Source of the DNA: a virus
Length of the DNA: 48,352 nt
Direction: 5' to 3' (one strand)
IMG/VR virus record: IMGVR_UViG_3300024243_000002
Shown here: one piece after another, positions 38,406 to 46,113 of the stretch
Numbering within the stretch: position 1 is the first letter of the stretch
Layout of the letters: each line of letters begins with the position of its first letter
Notes under the pieces: generated by a model
Databases searched by the model: none
The model's input: the letters and a program-made list of their open reading frames with translations, nothing else
Told to the model about the DNA's origin: nothing
Program-made: the position numbers and the translations under genes

Positions 38406-38804
38406 ATGATGAAACGGATAACTCTTATTTTTGTATATTTGACTGTTTTTACAGTTGCATTCTTAATTAGTTCTTCGAGTTGTAGTAATGCTGCAAATGA
38501 GAAACCTATTGAGATTATTTACAAAGCAGTAGAAGATAATCAAACACGGTCGGTTTCTAATGCCGGCCAGGTTAAACACCTTGCTTCTCGCATTGAGACT
38601 ATGGCTAAACAATTAAGCATTCAACAACATCGCATTGAGGAGCTTTTGGCCGAATATGAGCTTTGTCACGAAGCTATGCTTGCCAATCAGGGTAGTATGG
38701 TGCGACTTTTGAATAAATATGATAATACTAGATCTGTTTTAATGGATCTATTGAGTCAATTATATACCGACTATGAACTTGAGGTGATGACCAAGCTTGA
38801 ATAA
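38406..38804 (+). CDS. Secreted or lipoprotein-like coiled-coil protein (about 132 aa)
   Basis: Signal-peptide-like MMKRITLIFVYLTVFTVAFLISSSSC, with a Cys after the hydrophobic core (imperfect lipobox). The rest is helical with heptad-like periodicity. The ORF track opens at TTG 38403; I prefer ATG 38406. Confidence 0.55.
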   Translation: MMKRITLIFVYLTVFTVAFLISSSSCSNAANEKPIEIIYKAVEDNQTRSVSNAGQVKHLASRIETMAKQLSIQQHRIEELLAEYELCHEAMLANQGSMVRLLNKYDNTRSVLMDLLSQLYTDYELEVMTKLE

Positions 38805-39025
38805 GATTTTGTTCAAACCCTGGTACCACTTTGGACAAAAAGAACATTACGCTATGAGGTTTAGAAAAGTTGTTAAATAGGAATATCTCCTGGAAAGAAC
38901 ACCAGTTAAAACTATAAATCTTAACAAGGTTTATCACTAAGTTTCTTTATAGGCATATAGAGAAATGGAGCATATCAAGAGCTTCTGGCTACGGTCCTTA
39001 GCTCGTTAAGTGGGATTTCACCCAA

Positions 39026-39082
39026 CTTTGAAGATATTTGGTAGGGGATAGCATGGATGTTGTCCCCTGCTTTGAAGATATT
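39026..39082. repeat. 13-bp direct repeat CTTTGAAGATATT x2 flanking a 6-bp-stem hairpin
   Basis: Copies at 39026..39038 and 39070..39082. Hairpin AGGGGA (39043..39048) / TCCCCT (39063..39068). About 60 nt upstream of the radC-like start. Confidence 0.8.
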
Positions 39083-39144
39083 GCAAATTTTTACAATGTT
39101 AAAGCTAAAGCTTTTTAAATACAATACTTTCGCAAGGAATTAAA

Positions 39145-39555
39145 ATGAAAGAAATGATAATTTTCAATAAACCTGAAACTATTCATGACCCAGAAGATGC
39201 TTATAAATACTTAAAGGATTTTAGATATAAAAATAAAGAGTATTTCATTCTATTAGGAGTTGATACAAAACATCAAATACGGTTTCGACACATTGTTAGT
39301 ATTGGCTGTTTAAATGCAGCTATTGTACACCCCCGCGAGGTATTTCGACCAGCTATAGCATATGAAGATGGAATTGCTGCTATTATTGTAGCACATAATC
39401 ATTGCTCTGGTTGTGTTCAGCCATCTCGCGAGGATCTTAATTCAACATCTCGACTTGCAGAATGTGGCGAAATATTGGGTATTGAATTATTGGATCATCT
39501 TATAGTTTCTAAAGAAGAAGAATTAAGTATTCGGCAATATGGCTGGCCTAGATGA
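39145..39555 (+). CDS. radC: RadC-like JAB/MPN domain protein (136 aa)
   Basis: VHPREVFRPAI...IIVAHNHCSGCVQPSREDLNSTSRL...GIELLDHLIV matches the RadC/DUF2466 core HNHPSGxxxPSxxDxxxT...llDHiii, with Cys in place of the usual Pro. Confidence 0.8.
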   Translation: MKEMIIFNKPETIHDPEDAYKYLKDFRYKNKEYFILLGVDTKHQIRFRHIVSIGCLNAAIVHPREVFRPAIAYEDGIAAIIVAHNHCSGCVQPSREDLNSTSRLAECGEILGIELLDHLIVSKEEELSIRQYGWPR

Positions 39556-39612
39556 TGATAAAGATGATGATTATAATGAGCCAGTTAATCACATTGAACA
39601 AAAAGAGGAATA

Positions 39613-40446
39613 ATGAAAATAGAAGAAACACATAGTGATCTTCATGTACTTTTAACAAAAATAGTTAATAGAGGATTAGTTGATGTTTATGAACCTCCAG
39701 ATTATGACCATAGTCGTCTGGGGGCAAGTTCTTCTGGCAAATGTTTTAGACAAGTAATTAAAACATTCGTAGGAGATCCAATAGAGCCCGACATAAAGCT
39801 TAAAAAGATATTTGGCAAGGGCGCTATGATGCATAAATTGTATCATGATGCACTTGTAGCAGGCTGTGAGAAAATGAATGGAAAGATAATTTCAATTAAT
39901 CCTTTTCATATGGATTGTTTTCCCGAACACTGGACGGGTGACCCAAGAACTGGTGGTACTCCATTAAGAATTGGCGGCACTCCGGATGAAATTTTATTTA
40001 TTAATAATGAACTTTATGTAATAGATTGGAAAACTGCAAATGAACGTAGTTTTCATTTTAAAAAGAAATCACCTGAAGCAAGTTTACAGAATAAATTACA
40101 GGTAGCAACCTATATGAATGCTGTACGCGATGTTTGGGACGAAGAAATATTTGGAGACTGTCCTGCAATTAATGGACTTGTTTGCTATGTAAATAAATCA
40201 GACGACGATTTAGAATGGAAAGACGTAATAACTCCTGCTGATATTGATTTAGCATATAATTATTGGGAAAAAATAAAGTTTTATTATAGAGATTTTGTTA
40301 AGGACTCTGTATTCCCGCCTGTAGCTCCATGTGAAAAATGGGAATGTACTTATTGTCCTCATTATAAAAATATTACCGAATGTAAAAAAGCTTTCGCGAA
40401 AGAAATAGAAGCACCTAAAGAGGAGAAATTAAATGCCACCAAATGA
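39613..40446 (+). CDS. PD-(D/E)XK nuclease, Cas4/RecB-like, with a four-Cys cluster (277 aa)
   Basis: GTPDEILF...LYVIDWKT (D...D/ExK), QVATYMNAV (QxxxY), one N-terminal Cys (SSGKCFRQ) and C-terminal CEKWECTYCPHY. This is the Cas4/AddB-type Fe-S Cys arrangement. Confidence 0.7.
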   Translation: MKIEETHSDLHVLLTKIVNRGLVDVYEPPDYDHSRLGASSSGKCFRQVIKTFVGDPIEPDIKLKKIFGKGAMMHKLYHDALVAGCEKMNGKIISINPFHMDCFPEHWTGDPRTGGTPLRIGGTPDEILFINNELYVIDWKTANERSFHFKKKSPEASLQNKLQVATYMNAVRDVWDEEIFGDCPAINGLVCYVNKSDDDLEWKDVITPADIDLAYNYWEKIKFYYRDFVKDSVFPPVAPCEKWECTYCPHYKNITECKKAFAKEIEAPKEEKLNATK

Positions 40447-41104
40447 TTTTCCAAATGATGATGATATTCAAGGTTTTATGGATAATCAAAAACTTATTGA
40501 AGATCGTATGAATATTTGGAATAAAGTATGTAATAGTGATCCAGAGCAACTGCAATATGTAAAACAACGAGGTGGATTTTTATCTATTTGTGCGCAAACA
40601 CAAGTAAAAAAAGCTACTGAATTATTTGGTGCATATGGAGCTACTTGGGGATTAAAACATACTGATTTTTCTTATAATCATTTTAATATGTATGATTATT
40701 ATGATAAAGAAATAACAACTAAACCTGTATATCAATTAAGAGCTACATTCTTTTACCCTGGCGGTGAAATGCCGGCCAATACCAGTATTCTAATGGATAC
40801 TAGCGGAGACTGGGAAAAGAAATTAGAAACTGATATTATTACTAAATGTTTAAGTAGATTAGGATTTAATTCTGATGTATTTGAAGGATTGTTTGATGAT
40901 AATAAATATGTTTCTGAAATTACTGCTCCAGTTAAATATAGAGAAGAATGTAAAAAATTAGCAATTGAAGTATTAGGAAAAGAAAAGGGTAAAGAAATTA
41001 TTAGCAGATTAGAAAAGTTAGGTTGGCCGTTTGATAAAACGGTTGCAACTGCAAAAAAATTGGCTTTAAAAGTTACAAAAGAGGTTAAAAATGACGAAGT
41101 TTGA
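40433..41104 (+). CDS. Rad52/Sak-like single-strand annealing protein candidate (223 aa)
   Basis: KKATELFGAYGATWGL and KKLETDIITKCLSRLGFNSDVFEG resemble the two conserved Rad52-family blocks (..LnevFGp.gWs.. and K.A.TDAlKRal..lGig..ly). Sits between a nuclease and an SSB-like gene. Confidence 0.55.
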   Translation: MPPNDFPNDDDIQGFMDNQKLIEDRMNIWNKVCNSDPEQLQYVKQRGGFLSICAQTQVKKATELFGAYGATWGLKHTDFSYNHFNMYDYYDKEITTKPVYQLRATFFYPGGEMPANTSILMDTSGDWEKKLETDIITKCLSRLGFNSDVFEGLFDDNKYVSEITAPVKYREECKKLAIEVLGKEKGKEIISRLEKLGWPFDKTVATAKKLALKVTKEVKNDEV

Positions 41105-41663
41105 CAACACAGAAGAAACGCGCGTATTGATTCCTGCTGGAGTTGAAGTACCTATTGTACTATCTAAGATTGAGGCCGGCACAAAGGCTGGCAGCGCTCA
41201 ATCTAAACATCCTGGCAGAATGTATGATTTCTTTAAGATCACGGGCGTAATCTTAGATGGTAAATATAAGGGTAAATGGGTTACTCATCGTGTTATTTGT
41301 CAAGTTGAAAGATTGGCTGACGGACCAGAGAAATTTGGCTTTGTGAGGCATTATACTCAATTACGTAAAGCGTTAGGACTTGAACCTAATGAAATTGCTG
41401 ATACAGTAGACGATGTACCATTGCTTGCCGCAGATTGGATTGGCAAAGTAGTTAATGGTATTGTCTCTACTGAAGATGGTTGGGGCGATAATGCAGGTAA
41501 GAAATATAATGGTTTTAAAGATTTTAATAAACCTACCAAGGATCAAAGGCTTTCATTAAAAGAAGCTTATGCAGAATGGGAGGCCCGTGTAAAAGCTGAA
41601 CAAGCTGATGATGTTCTTAATGGTGCTCTTGATGATGAAGAGGATGATAATCTCGGATTCTAA
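41091..41663 (+). CDS. SSB-like protein (DUF669-like) with an acidic C-terminal tail (190 aa)
   Basis: The C-terminus LDDEEDDNLGF mimics the SSB protein-interaction tail (DDDIPF). The N-terminal LIPAGVEVPIVL...FFKITGVILDGKYKGKWV pattern recalls phage DUF669 proteins. Lies in a recombination-module context. Confidence 0.45.
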   Translation: MTKFDNTEETRVLIPAGVEVPIVLSKIEAGTKAGSAQSKHPGRMYDFFKITGVILDGKYKGKWVTHRVICQVERLADGPEKFGFVRHYTQLRKALGLEPNEIADTVDDVPLLAADWIGKVVNGIVSTEDGWGDNAGKKYNGFKDFNKPTKDQRLSLKEAYAEWEARVKAEQADDVLNGALDDEEDDNLGF

Positions 41664-41726
41664 AAAAAATAGAGAAGAGATTTTTTGGCAACGACTACTA
41701 AACGTGGGGTTTGTGGTTGTTGGTCA

Positions 41727-41748
41727 GATCGATAAATAATTATCGGTC
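41727..41748. promoter_or_regulatory. 22-bp near-palindrome GATCGATAAATAATTATCGGTC upstream of the replication genes
   Basis: Read directly. Two symmetric mismatch pairs. Ends 14 nt before the start codon at 41763. Confidence 0.5.
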
Positions 41749-41762
41749 ACGATAGGGAGAAC

Positions 41763-42146
41763 ATGACTTCGCCGTCTACTGTTCTCCCTATTTCAGAAAG
41801 GAATTTTATGGGATATTGTAAAGATTGCGGAGAAATCTGCTCCAATTGTCAAAAAAGAACAAGTGAATATACATTATTTTCTTTAGATGAAAAGATTCGT
41901 AAAAAAGTAAGTGAATTTTTAATTCGAGTGAAAGCCACTCAACATGATCAAGATTGGTTATGTAGTAGATTATCAAATTATCCAATTAACATTATTGAGC
42001 AAGCTTTACGATCATGGAGTAATAGCATATATTCAGAGAGTCAAATGAATGTAAATTATTTTTTTGCTATAGTCAAACGACTTTCTAAAGCAAAGAAAAT
42101 AAAATTACAAAGCCTGCCACCATATGTAGATAAAGAAGAAACATAA
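41763..42146 (+). CDS. Small Cys4 (CxxC...CxxC) protein upstream of the helicase (127 aa); helicase-loader or initiator candidate
   Basis: CKDCGEICSNCQKR zinc-ribbon-like motif. The role is inferred only from position before dnaB. Confidence 0.45.
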   Translation: MTSPSTVLPISERNFMGYCKDCGEICSNCQKRTSEYTLFSLDEKIRKKVSEFLIRVKATQHDQDWLCSRLSNYPINIIEQALRSWSNSIYSESQMNVNYFFAIVKRLSKAKKIKLQSLPPYVDKEET

Positions 42147-42161
42147 TTCAGGAGGTCTTTC

Positions 42162-43427
42162 TTGGAAAACTTAACAAACAGATATTTAATGGGTATTATA
42201 AAATGTGGAGGATTTCCTTCTAATAATTTTATTCTTCCATTAAATTCACTACGGAATGATGATAAAAAAATATTAAAAGCTCTTATTTCTGTAAAAGATA
42301 AAGATAATATTGGTATTGATACATATAAAAAAGCATTAGCAGAAGAACTTGATGAAGATTTTGCTAATATGTATATTGAAAATGCTATTGAATTAAATAT
42401 TACAAAAGCTCAGGTTATGGAAATTCATGGAATACTTATTTCTGATTATATTAAAAATCAAGCAACTGCTGAATTAAAATCATTACTACATCAATTAAAT
42501 GATCCAGAAGCATTGGATGAAGCATTGAATAAATTAAGAGATCTTAAGGCATTACAACCCACACCTGAAGTATTTGTTGGAAGACAGATGGAATTGGCAT
42601 TAAATACTGCTCTACAGGGAGCTACCAATATTATTCCATATGGTTTAAAAAGTCTAGATAGACATGTTGCTGGCCTAAATCGGAAAGAAGTTACTGTTAT
42701 AGCAGCCAGGCCCTCTCATGGCAAAACTAGCTTTGTATGTCAATTAGTTCTTAATTGGCTAGAAGCCGGATATAAAATTTGCTTCTTTAGTAAAGAAATG
42801 CCAATAGAGCGTGTTTATCATAAATTTCTTAGTAATATTTGCTATATTGATAGCAACCAGGTCAAAAGTGGATTAATGAGTGATGTTGAAAAACAACAAT
42901 TATGTGATGCTGGAAAAATGTTTACAAAAACATATAAAAACCAATTACGGATATATGATAATATATATTCAGTTCGTGAAATGGAATCTATTATAGCAAA
43001 AGAAAGACCAGATATAGTAATCGATGATTTTATTCAATTAACAGAAATGAATAGTAAAGTACAAGTTCGATTAGCAATATTAGAAATTATGAAAACATAT
43101 AAGAATATTGCCAAAGAATACAATTGTGCATTTATTACAATCTCTCAATTAAATAGAAATATCGAAAACCGAGATGATCCCATTCCGAGATTATCTGATT
43201 TGGCGGAAAGTGGTAGCATTGAACAGCTCGCTGCGGATGTTTTATTCTTATTTTATGGACATAAAGTAGATAACAGTCTCTCAATAGAAGATGTTGATTT
43301 AATCGCATCAAAAACCAGATATGGAACTCCTGGACGAGTTAAATTATGTTTCACTGGTCAATATATGCGATACGAAGAAAGCAATAGCATTCGTTTAGAT
43401 GGAATTAACTATGGAAAGGAAGATTAA
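42162..43427 (+). CDS. dnaB: DnaB-family replicative helicase (421 aa), TTG start
   Basis: Walker A ARPSHGKTSF, Walker B DIVIDDFIQL, ISQLNRNIENR (the SQLNR motif) and LSDLAESGSIEQLAADVLFLF (the DLReSGsIEQDAD motif). TTG lies 6 nt after AGGAGG. Confidence 0.85.
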   Translation: MENLTNRYLMGIIKCGGFPSNNFILPLNSLRNDDKKILKALISVKDKDNIGIDTYKKALAEELDEDFANMYIENAIELNITKAQVMEIHGILISDYIKNQATAELKSLLHQLNDPEALDEALNKLRDLKALQPTPEVFVGRQMELALNTALQGATNIIPYGLKSLDRHVAGLNRKEVTVIAARPSHGKTSFVCQLVLNWLEAGYKICFFSKEMPIERVYHKFLSNICYIDSNQVKSGLMSDVEKQQLCDAGKMFTKTYKNQLRIYDNIYSVREMESIIAKERPDIVIDDFIQLTEMNSKVQVRLAILEIMKTYKNIAKEYNCAFITISQLNRNIENRDDPIPRLSDLAESGSIEQLAADVLFLFYGHKVDNSLSIEDVDLIASKTRYGTPGRVKLCFTGQYMRYEESNSIRLDGINYGKED

Positions 43428-44252
43428 ATGAATTTGTATAGACAAAAAGATTATTTAAGTCCTGAATTAATTCGTATTATTAATAAATATGAACCAGTAG
43501 ATCATAAGCAAGAAAAAGAATTTGTAAAAAATAAACAATATGAATTACTTGTATATCATAATTTAAGATATGCATGTAAAAGAGCGCTTGAAATGGTTGG
43601 TGGACAGCTTTGCCCTTATCCGGCAGATGTTTGTCAGCAAGCATTTATGGGCATGTGGAAAGCAACTAAAACATTTGATCCAAATAAAGAAGTTAAATTT
43701 ATTACCTGGGCTGATTTTTATATTAGAACAGAAATAACAAAATGGGTTGCATCTAATGATTGGTCCTGTACTGTTTCAATGGACACATTACAGCGAGCAA
43801 GAAAAATTAGAGTATATGCTGATAAGCATAATTGTTCTTTTGAAAAAGCAGCTAAGTTTTTAAAACAACCACCTAAAGCATTACATCTTGCAAATCTTAA
43901 TAAAAAATATTCAGATATTAGTTTACACGATGATGGTGATGGTAAAAAAGATGCATTTAGAATGGATTGGGATGATAATTTGCCTACTGATAATCAACAA
44001 GCAGAACATAATATATGGGAAGATTTATCAAGATATAAATATATACAAAAACTTTTTGAAAAGAATAATATTTCTGAAAGAAATCAATCAATTATAAGAT
44101 TACGTTTTGGAATTGATTCAGGTGAACCAATGGACTTAATTGAAGTAGGTAAAATATTTAATTTAGGCCGAGAAAGAATTCGACAAATAGTTAATGAAGC
44201 GTGTGAGAAAATTAAGTGTGGAGAACCCACACCAGAAGAACTTAAACAATAA
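43428..44252 (+). CDS. Sigma-70-family RNA polymerase sigma factor (274 aa)
   Basis: Region 2: QQAFMGMWKATKTFDPNKEVKFITWADFYIRTEITKWV (compare GL.kA.ekFDp..g.kFsTYA.wwIR.aI). Region 4: SIIRLRFGIDSGEPMDLIEVGKIFNLGRERIRQIVNEACEKIK (compare l.lRfGl....TleEiG..fgvtRERiRQIe.kAl.KL). Confidence 0.8.
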   Translation: MNLYRQKDYLSPELIRIINKYEPVDHKQEKEFVKNKQYELLVYHNLRYACKRALEMVGGQLCPYPADVCQQAFMGMWKATKTFDPNKEVKFITWADFYIRTEITKWVASNDWSCTVSMDTLQRARKIRVYADKHNCSFEKAAKFLKQPPKALHLANLNKKYSDISLHDDGDGKKDAFRMDWDDNLPTDNQQAEHNIWEDLSRYKYIQKLFEKNNISERNQSIIRLRFGIDSGEPMDLIEVGKIFNLGRERIRQIVNEACEKIKCGEPTPEELKQ

Positions 44253-44261
44253 GGAAAAAAA

Positions 44262-44792
44262 ATGCTTACCCGAATTTTCCCAGAAAAACATTTAGATGCA
44301 ATTATAAATACTATGAATGGATATGAGGCAGTTATTGATGCAATTAAAAAAGGTAAACATATTGAAGTAATTAGAAATACAATTCAAGGCTTTGGTGGTC
44401 GCTTCAACTGTTCATTATGTAGTTCCTTACCTGAGCCTTCTAACTATGGTTATGTTGGATCTTGTAAGGTATGTATCTATGGACCAGACTATACTGGTTG
44501 TATAAATTTTGATAATGAATCTTATGAATATATTTCAAGATTTAAAAAAGACACTCTTGAAGACCCGGATATAGAATATTTGCATCGTATTTTTATAAAT
44601 CGTTTAGCAAATTTAAGAAAACTACTTGATGAAGCAGATTATGAAATTATAGAAGAAAATGAAATTATAACAGAAGATACATTTATTGAAAATTTAAAGG
44701 AAGAAATACATGAACTTGAAGGAACTAATTACGAAATTATAGTTTTTCGTAGATTTGTAGAATCTTCAATCATTAAAGGAGACAAAGAATGA
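44262..44792 (+). CDS. Hypothetical Cys-rich protein (176 aa) with an acidic C-terminal half
   Basis: ORF with an RBS. CSLCSS...SCKVCIYG...GC suggests metal binding. No family recognised. Confidence 0.55.
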   Translation: MLTRIFPEKHLDAIINTMNGYEAVIDAIKKGKHIEVIRNTIQGFGGRFNCSLCSSLPEPSNYGYVGSCKVCIYGPDYTGCINFDNESYEYISRFKKDTLEDPDIEYLHRIFINRLANLRKLLDEADYEIIEENEIITEDTFIENLKEEIHELEGTNYEIIVFRRFVESSIIKGDKE

Positions 44793-45136
44793 AAAAATTA
44801 ATTATGGCCATCATTTTAGTAATGATGACAATTGGCCCAGCAAACGCTAGGGAAGAAATTTATTATTGGTGTGCGCCAGAAGATGGTACACCAGTAGTTT
44901 ATTACAATGTACAAATAGAAATTGATGGGGCAGGATGGATAGACATTGGAACCTCCTATGTCGAGGAAAGCATAGACGATGGTTTTTATGCATTAACTAT
45001 TCCTATAGGCGTTCATCAATTAAGAGTTCAGGGTGTAGATGCTAATGGCAATGTTGGTGAATGGTCTATTGCCAGTGATGTATATGAATACGAGGGCGAG
45101 CCTGGTATCGCTTGTAAGCCACGATTGTTTAGATAA
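44789..45136 (+). CDS. Secreted FN3/Ig-like domain protein (115 aa)
   Basis: Signal peptide MKKLIMAIILVMMTIGPANA followed by a beta-sandwich-like pattern ending in LRVQGVDANGNVGEWS, typical of FN3 G-strands. Confidence 0.5.
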   Translation: MKKLIMAIILVMMTIGPANAREEIYYWCAPEDGTPVVYYNVQIEIDGAGWIDIGTSYVEESIDDGFYALTIPIGVHQLRVQGVDANGNVGEWSIASDVYEYEGEPGIACKPRLFR

Positions 45137-45167
45137 CAACCCAGAACAAGCAAAAATAATTTATCTC

Positions 45168-45200
45168 TTAGGCCTGCTTTATGGTGGGCCTAAATTTATT
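45168..45200 (+). terminator. Hairpin terminator candidate
   Basis: 7-bp stem TTAGGCC (45168..45174) / GGCCTAA (45187..45193) with a 12-nt loop, followed by ATTTATT. It covers the ATG at 45181, which argues for the downstream start at 45220. Confidence 0.45.
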
Positions 45201-45219
45201 CTTCAACGGAAGGCAGAAC

Positions 45220-45501
45220 ATGAAAATACATGAATTAAAAATTCATCCTGAAGCTTTAGAGGCACAAGAATTAGGATTTAAGAATTTTGAATTAAGAAAA
45301 CATGATAGAGAATTTCAAATTGGCGATATTTTAAGATTAAGTGAATATGAATTTGATACCTGTGAATATACCGGAGTTTCGCTTCTTGTAGTTATAACTT
45401 ATATTCTTCAAGATAATATTGCAGGCAATGGTAATATTCACGGCCTCCAAGAAGGCTATTCAATATTAGGTACAGAACATTTAAAAACCGCTCATCCCTA
45501 G
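45220..45501 (+). CDS. ASCH-fold DUF3850-like protein (93 aa)
   Basis: MKIHELKIHPEALEAQELGFKNFELRKHDREFQIGDILRLSEYE matches my memory of the DUF3850 N-terminus (HELKi.P.yF..v..G.K.fEiR.NDRdf.vGD.l.L.E). The start is trimmed from 45181. Confidence 0.6.
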   Translation: MKIHELKIHPEALEAQELGFKNFELRKHDREFQIGDILRLSEYEFDTCEYTGVSLLVVITYILQDNIAGNGNIHGLQEGYSILGTEHLKTAHP

Positions 45502-45510
45502 GGAGTAATA

Positions 45511-45873
45511 ATGAAACGAAATAAGTTAACAATGATAATAGAAAGACTTGATGATGATAGTTTTTTTATTAAAGAAGAATATTCTGGTAAAGACATAGAA
45601 ACAGGAGAGGAATTTTTCGAATGCGAAACTAAAACAACAAGGGGAGATGAATATGATTCTACTGGCGAACTAGAATCTTTAATATGGCTTACGCTACTCT
45701 GGGCATGTCCTATGGGAATAACTCCCAGGGATGTAATACTTAATTCAAGAAATATAAAAGACACTATTGAAGGTGATAATTTTACACTAGTGGATAATCG
45801 ACATTTACCTGATGATTGGGATAATGAAATACCAGTTAAATTAATTAAAGAAACAAAATTTCTGAAGGATTAG
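45511..45873 (+). CDS. Hypothetical acidic protein (120 aa)
   Basis: ORF preceded by GGGAG. No family recognised. Confidence 0.5.
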   Translation: MKRNKLTMIIERLDDDSFFIKEEYSGKDIETGEEFFECETKTTRGDEYDSTGELESLIWLTLLWACPMGITPRDVILNSRNIKDTIEGDNFTLVDNRHLPDDWDNEIPVKLIKETKFLKD

Positions 45874-45876
45874 ACA

Positions 45877-46089
45877 ATGAAACATCAAGCTAAAATCAAC
45901 ACGGAAGTTTTTGCGGATATTTTGGCCAGCTACACAGATGGCAATGGTTCAATTATCAGCTTCAGCGGCGCTATGGTTAAGGCTGCCAGTTACACATGGT
46001 TTAAGTCTATTAGTGAAACTGATGACGAAATGAATTGCGATTTCAACTGCTTTGAATACGCTAGGCGTGAATTTATGGCAACCATATAA
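45877..46089 (+). CDS. Hypothetical protein (70 aa)
   Basis: ORF 3 nt after the previous stop. No family recognised. Confidence 0.45.
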   Translation: MKHQAKINTEVFADILASYTDGNGSIISFSGAMVKAASYTWFKSISETDDEMNCDFNCFEYARREFMATI

Positions 46090-46113
46090 CCCCACAAAAA
46101 TAAAGGATTAATA

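Noticed and set aside
38985-39030. tRNA-like fragment (TTAGCTCGTTAAGTGG resembles a D-arm)
   Set aside because: I could build no matching acceptor stem, anticodon arm or GTTCNANNC T-loop around it. I found no tRNA elsewhere in the window by eye either.
45181-45219. N-terminal extension of the ASCH-like ORF from the ATG at 45181
   Set aside because: The extension overlaps a terminator-like hairpin and adds a non-conserved hydrophobic peptide. The family-like sequence begins exactly at the ATG at 45220.
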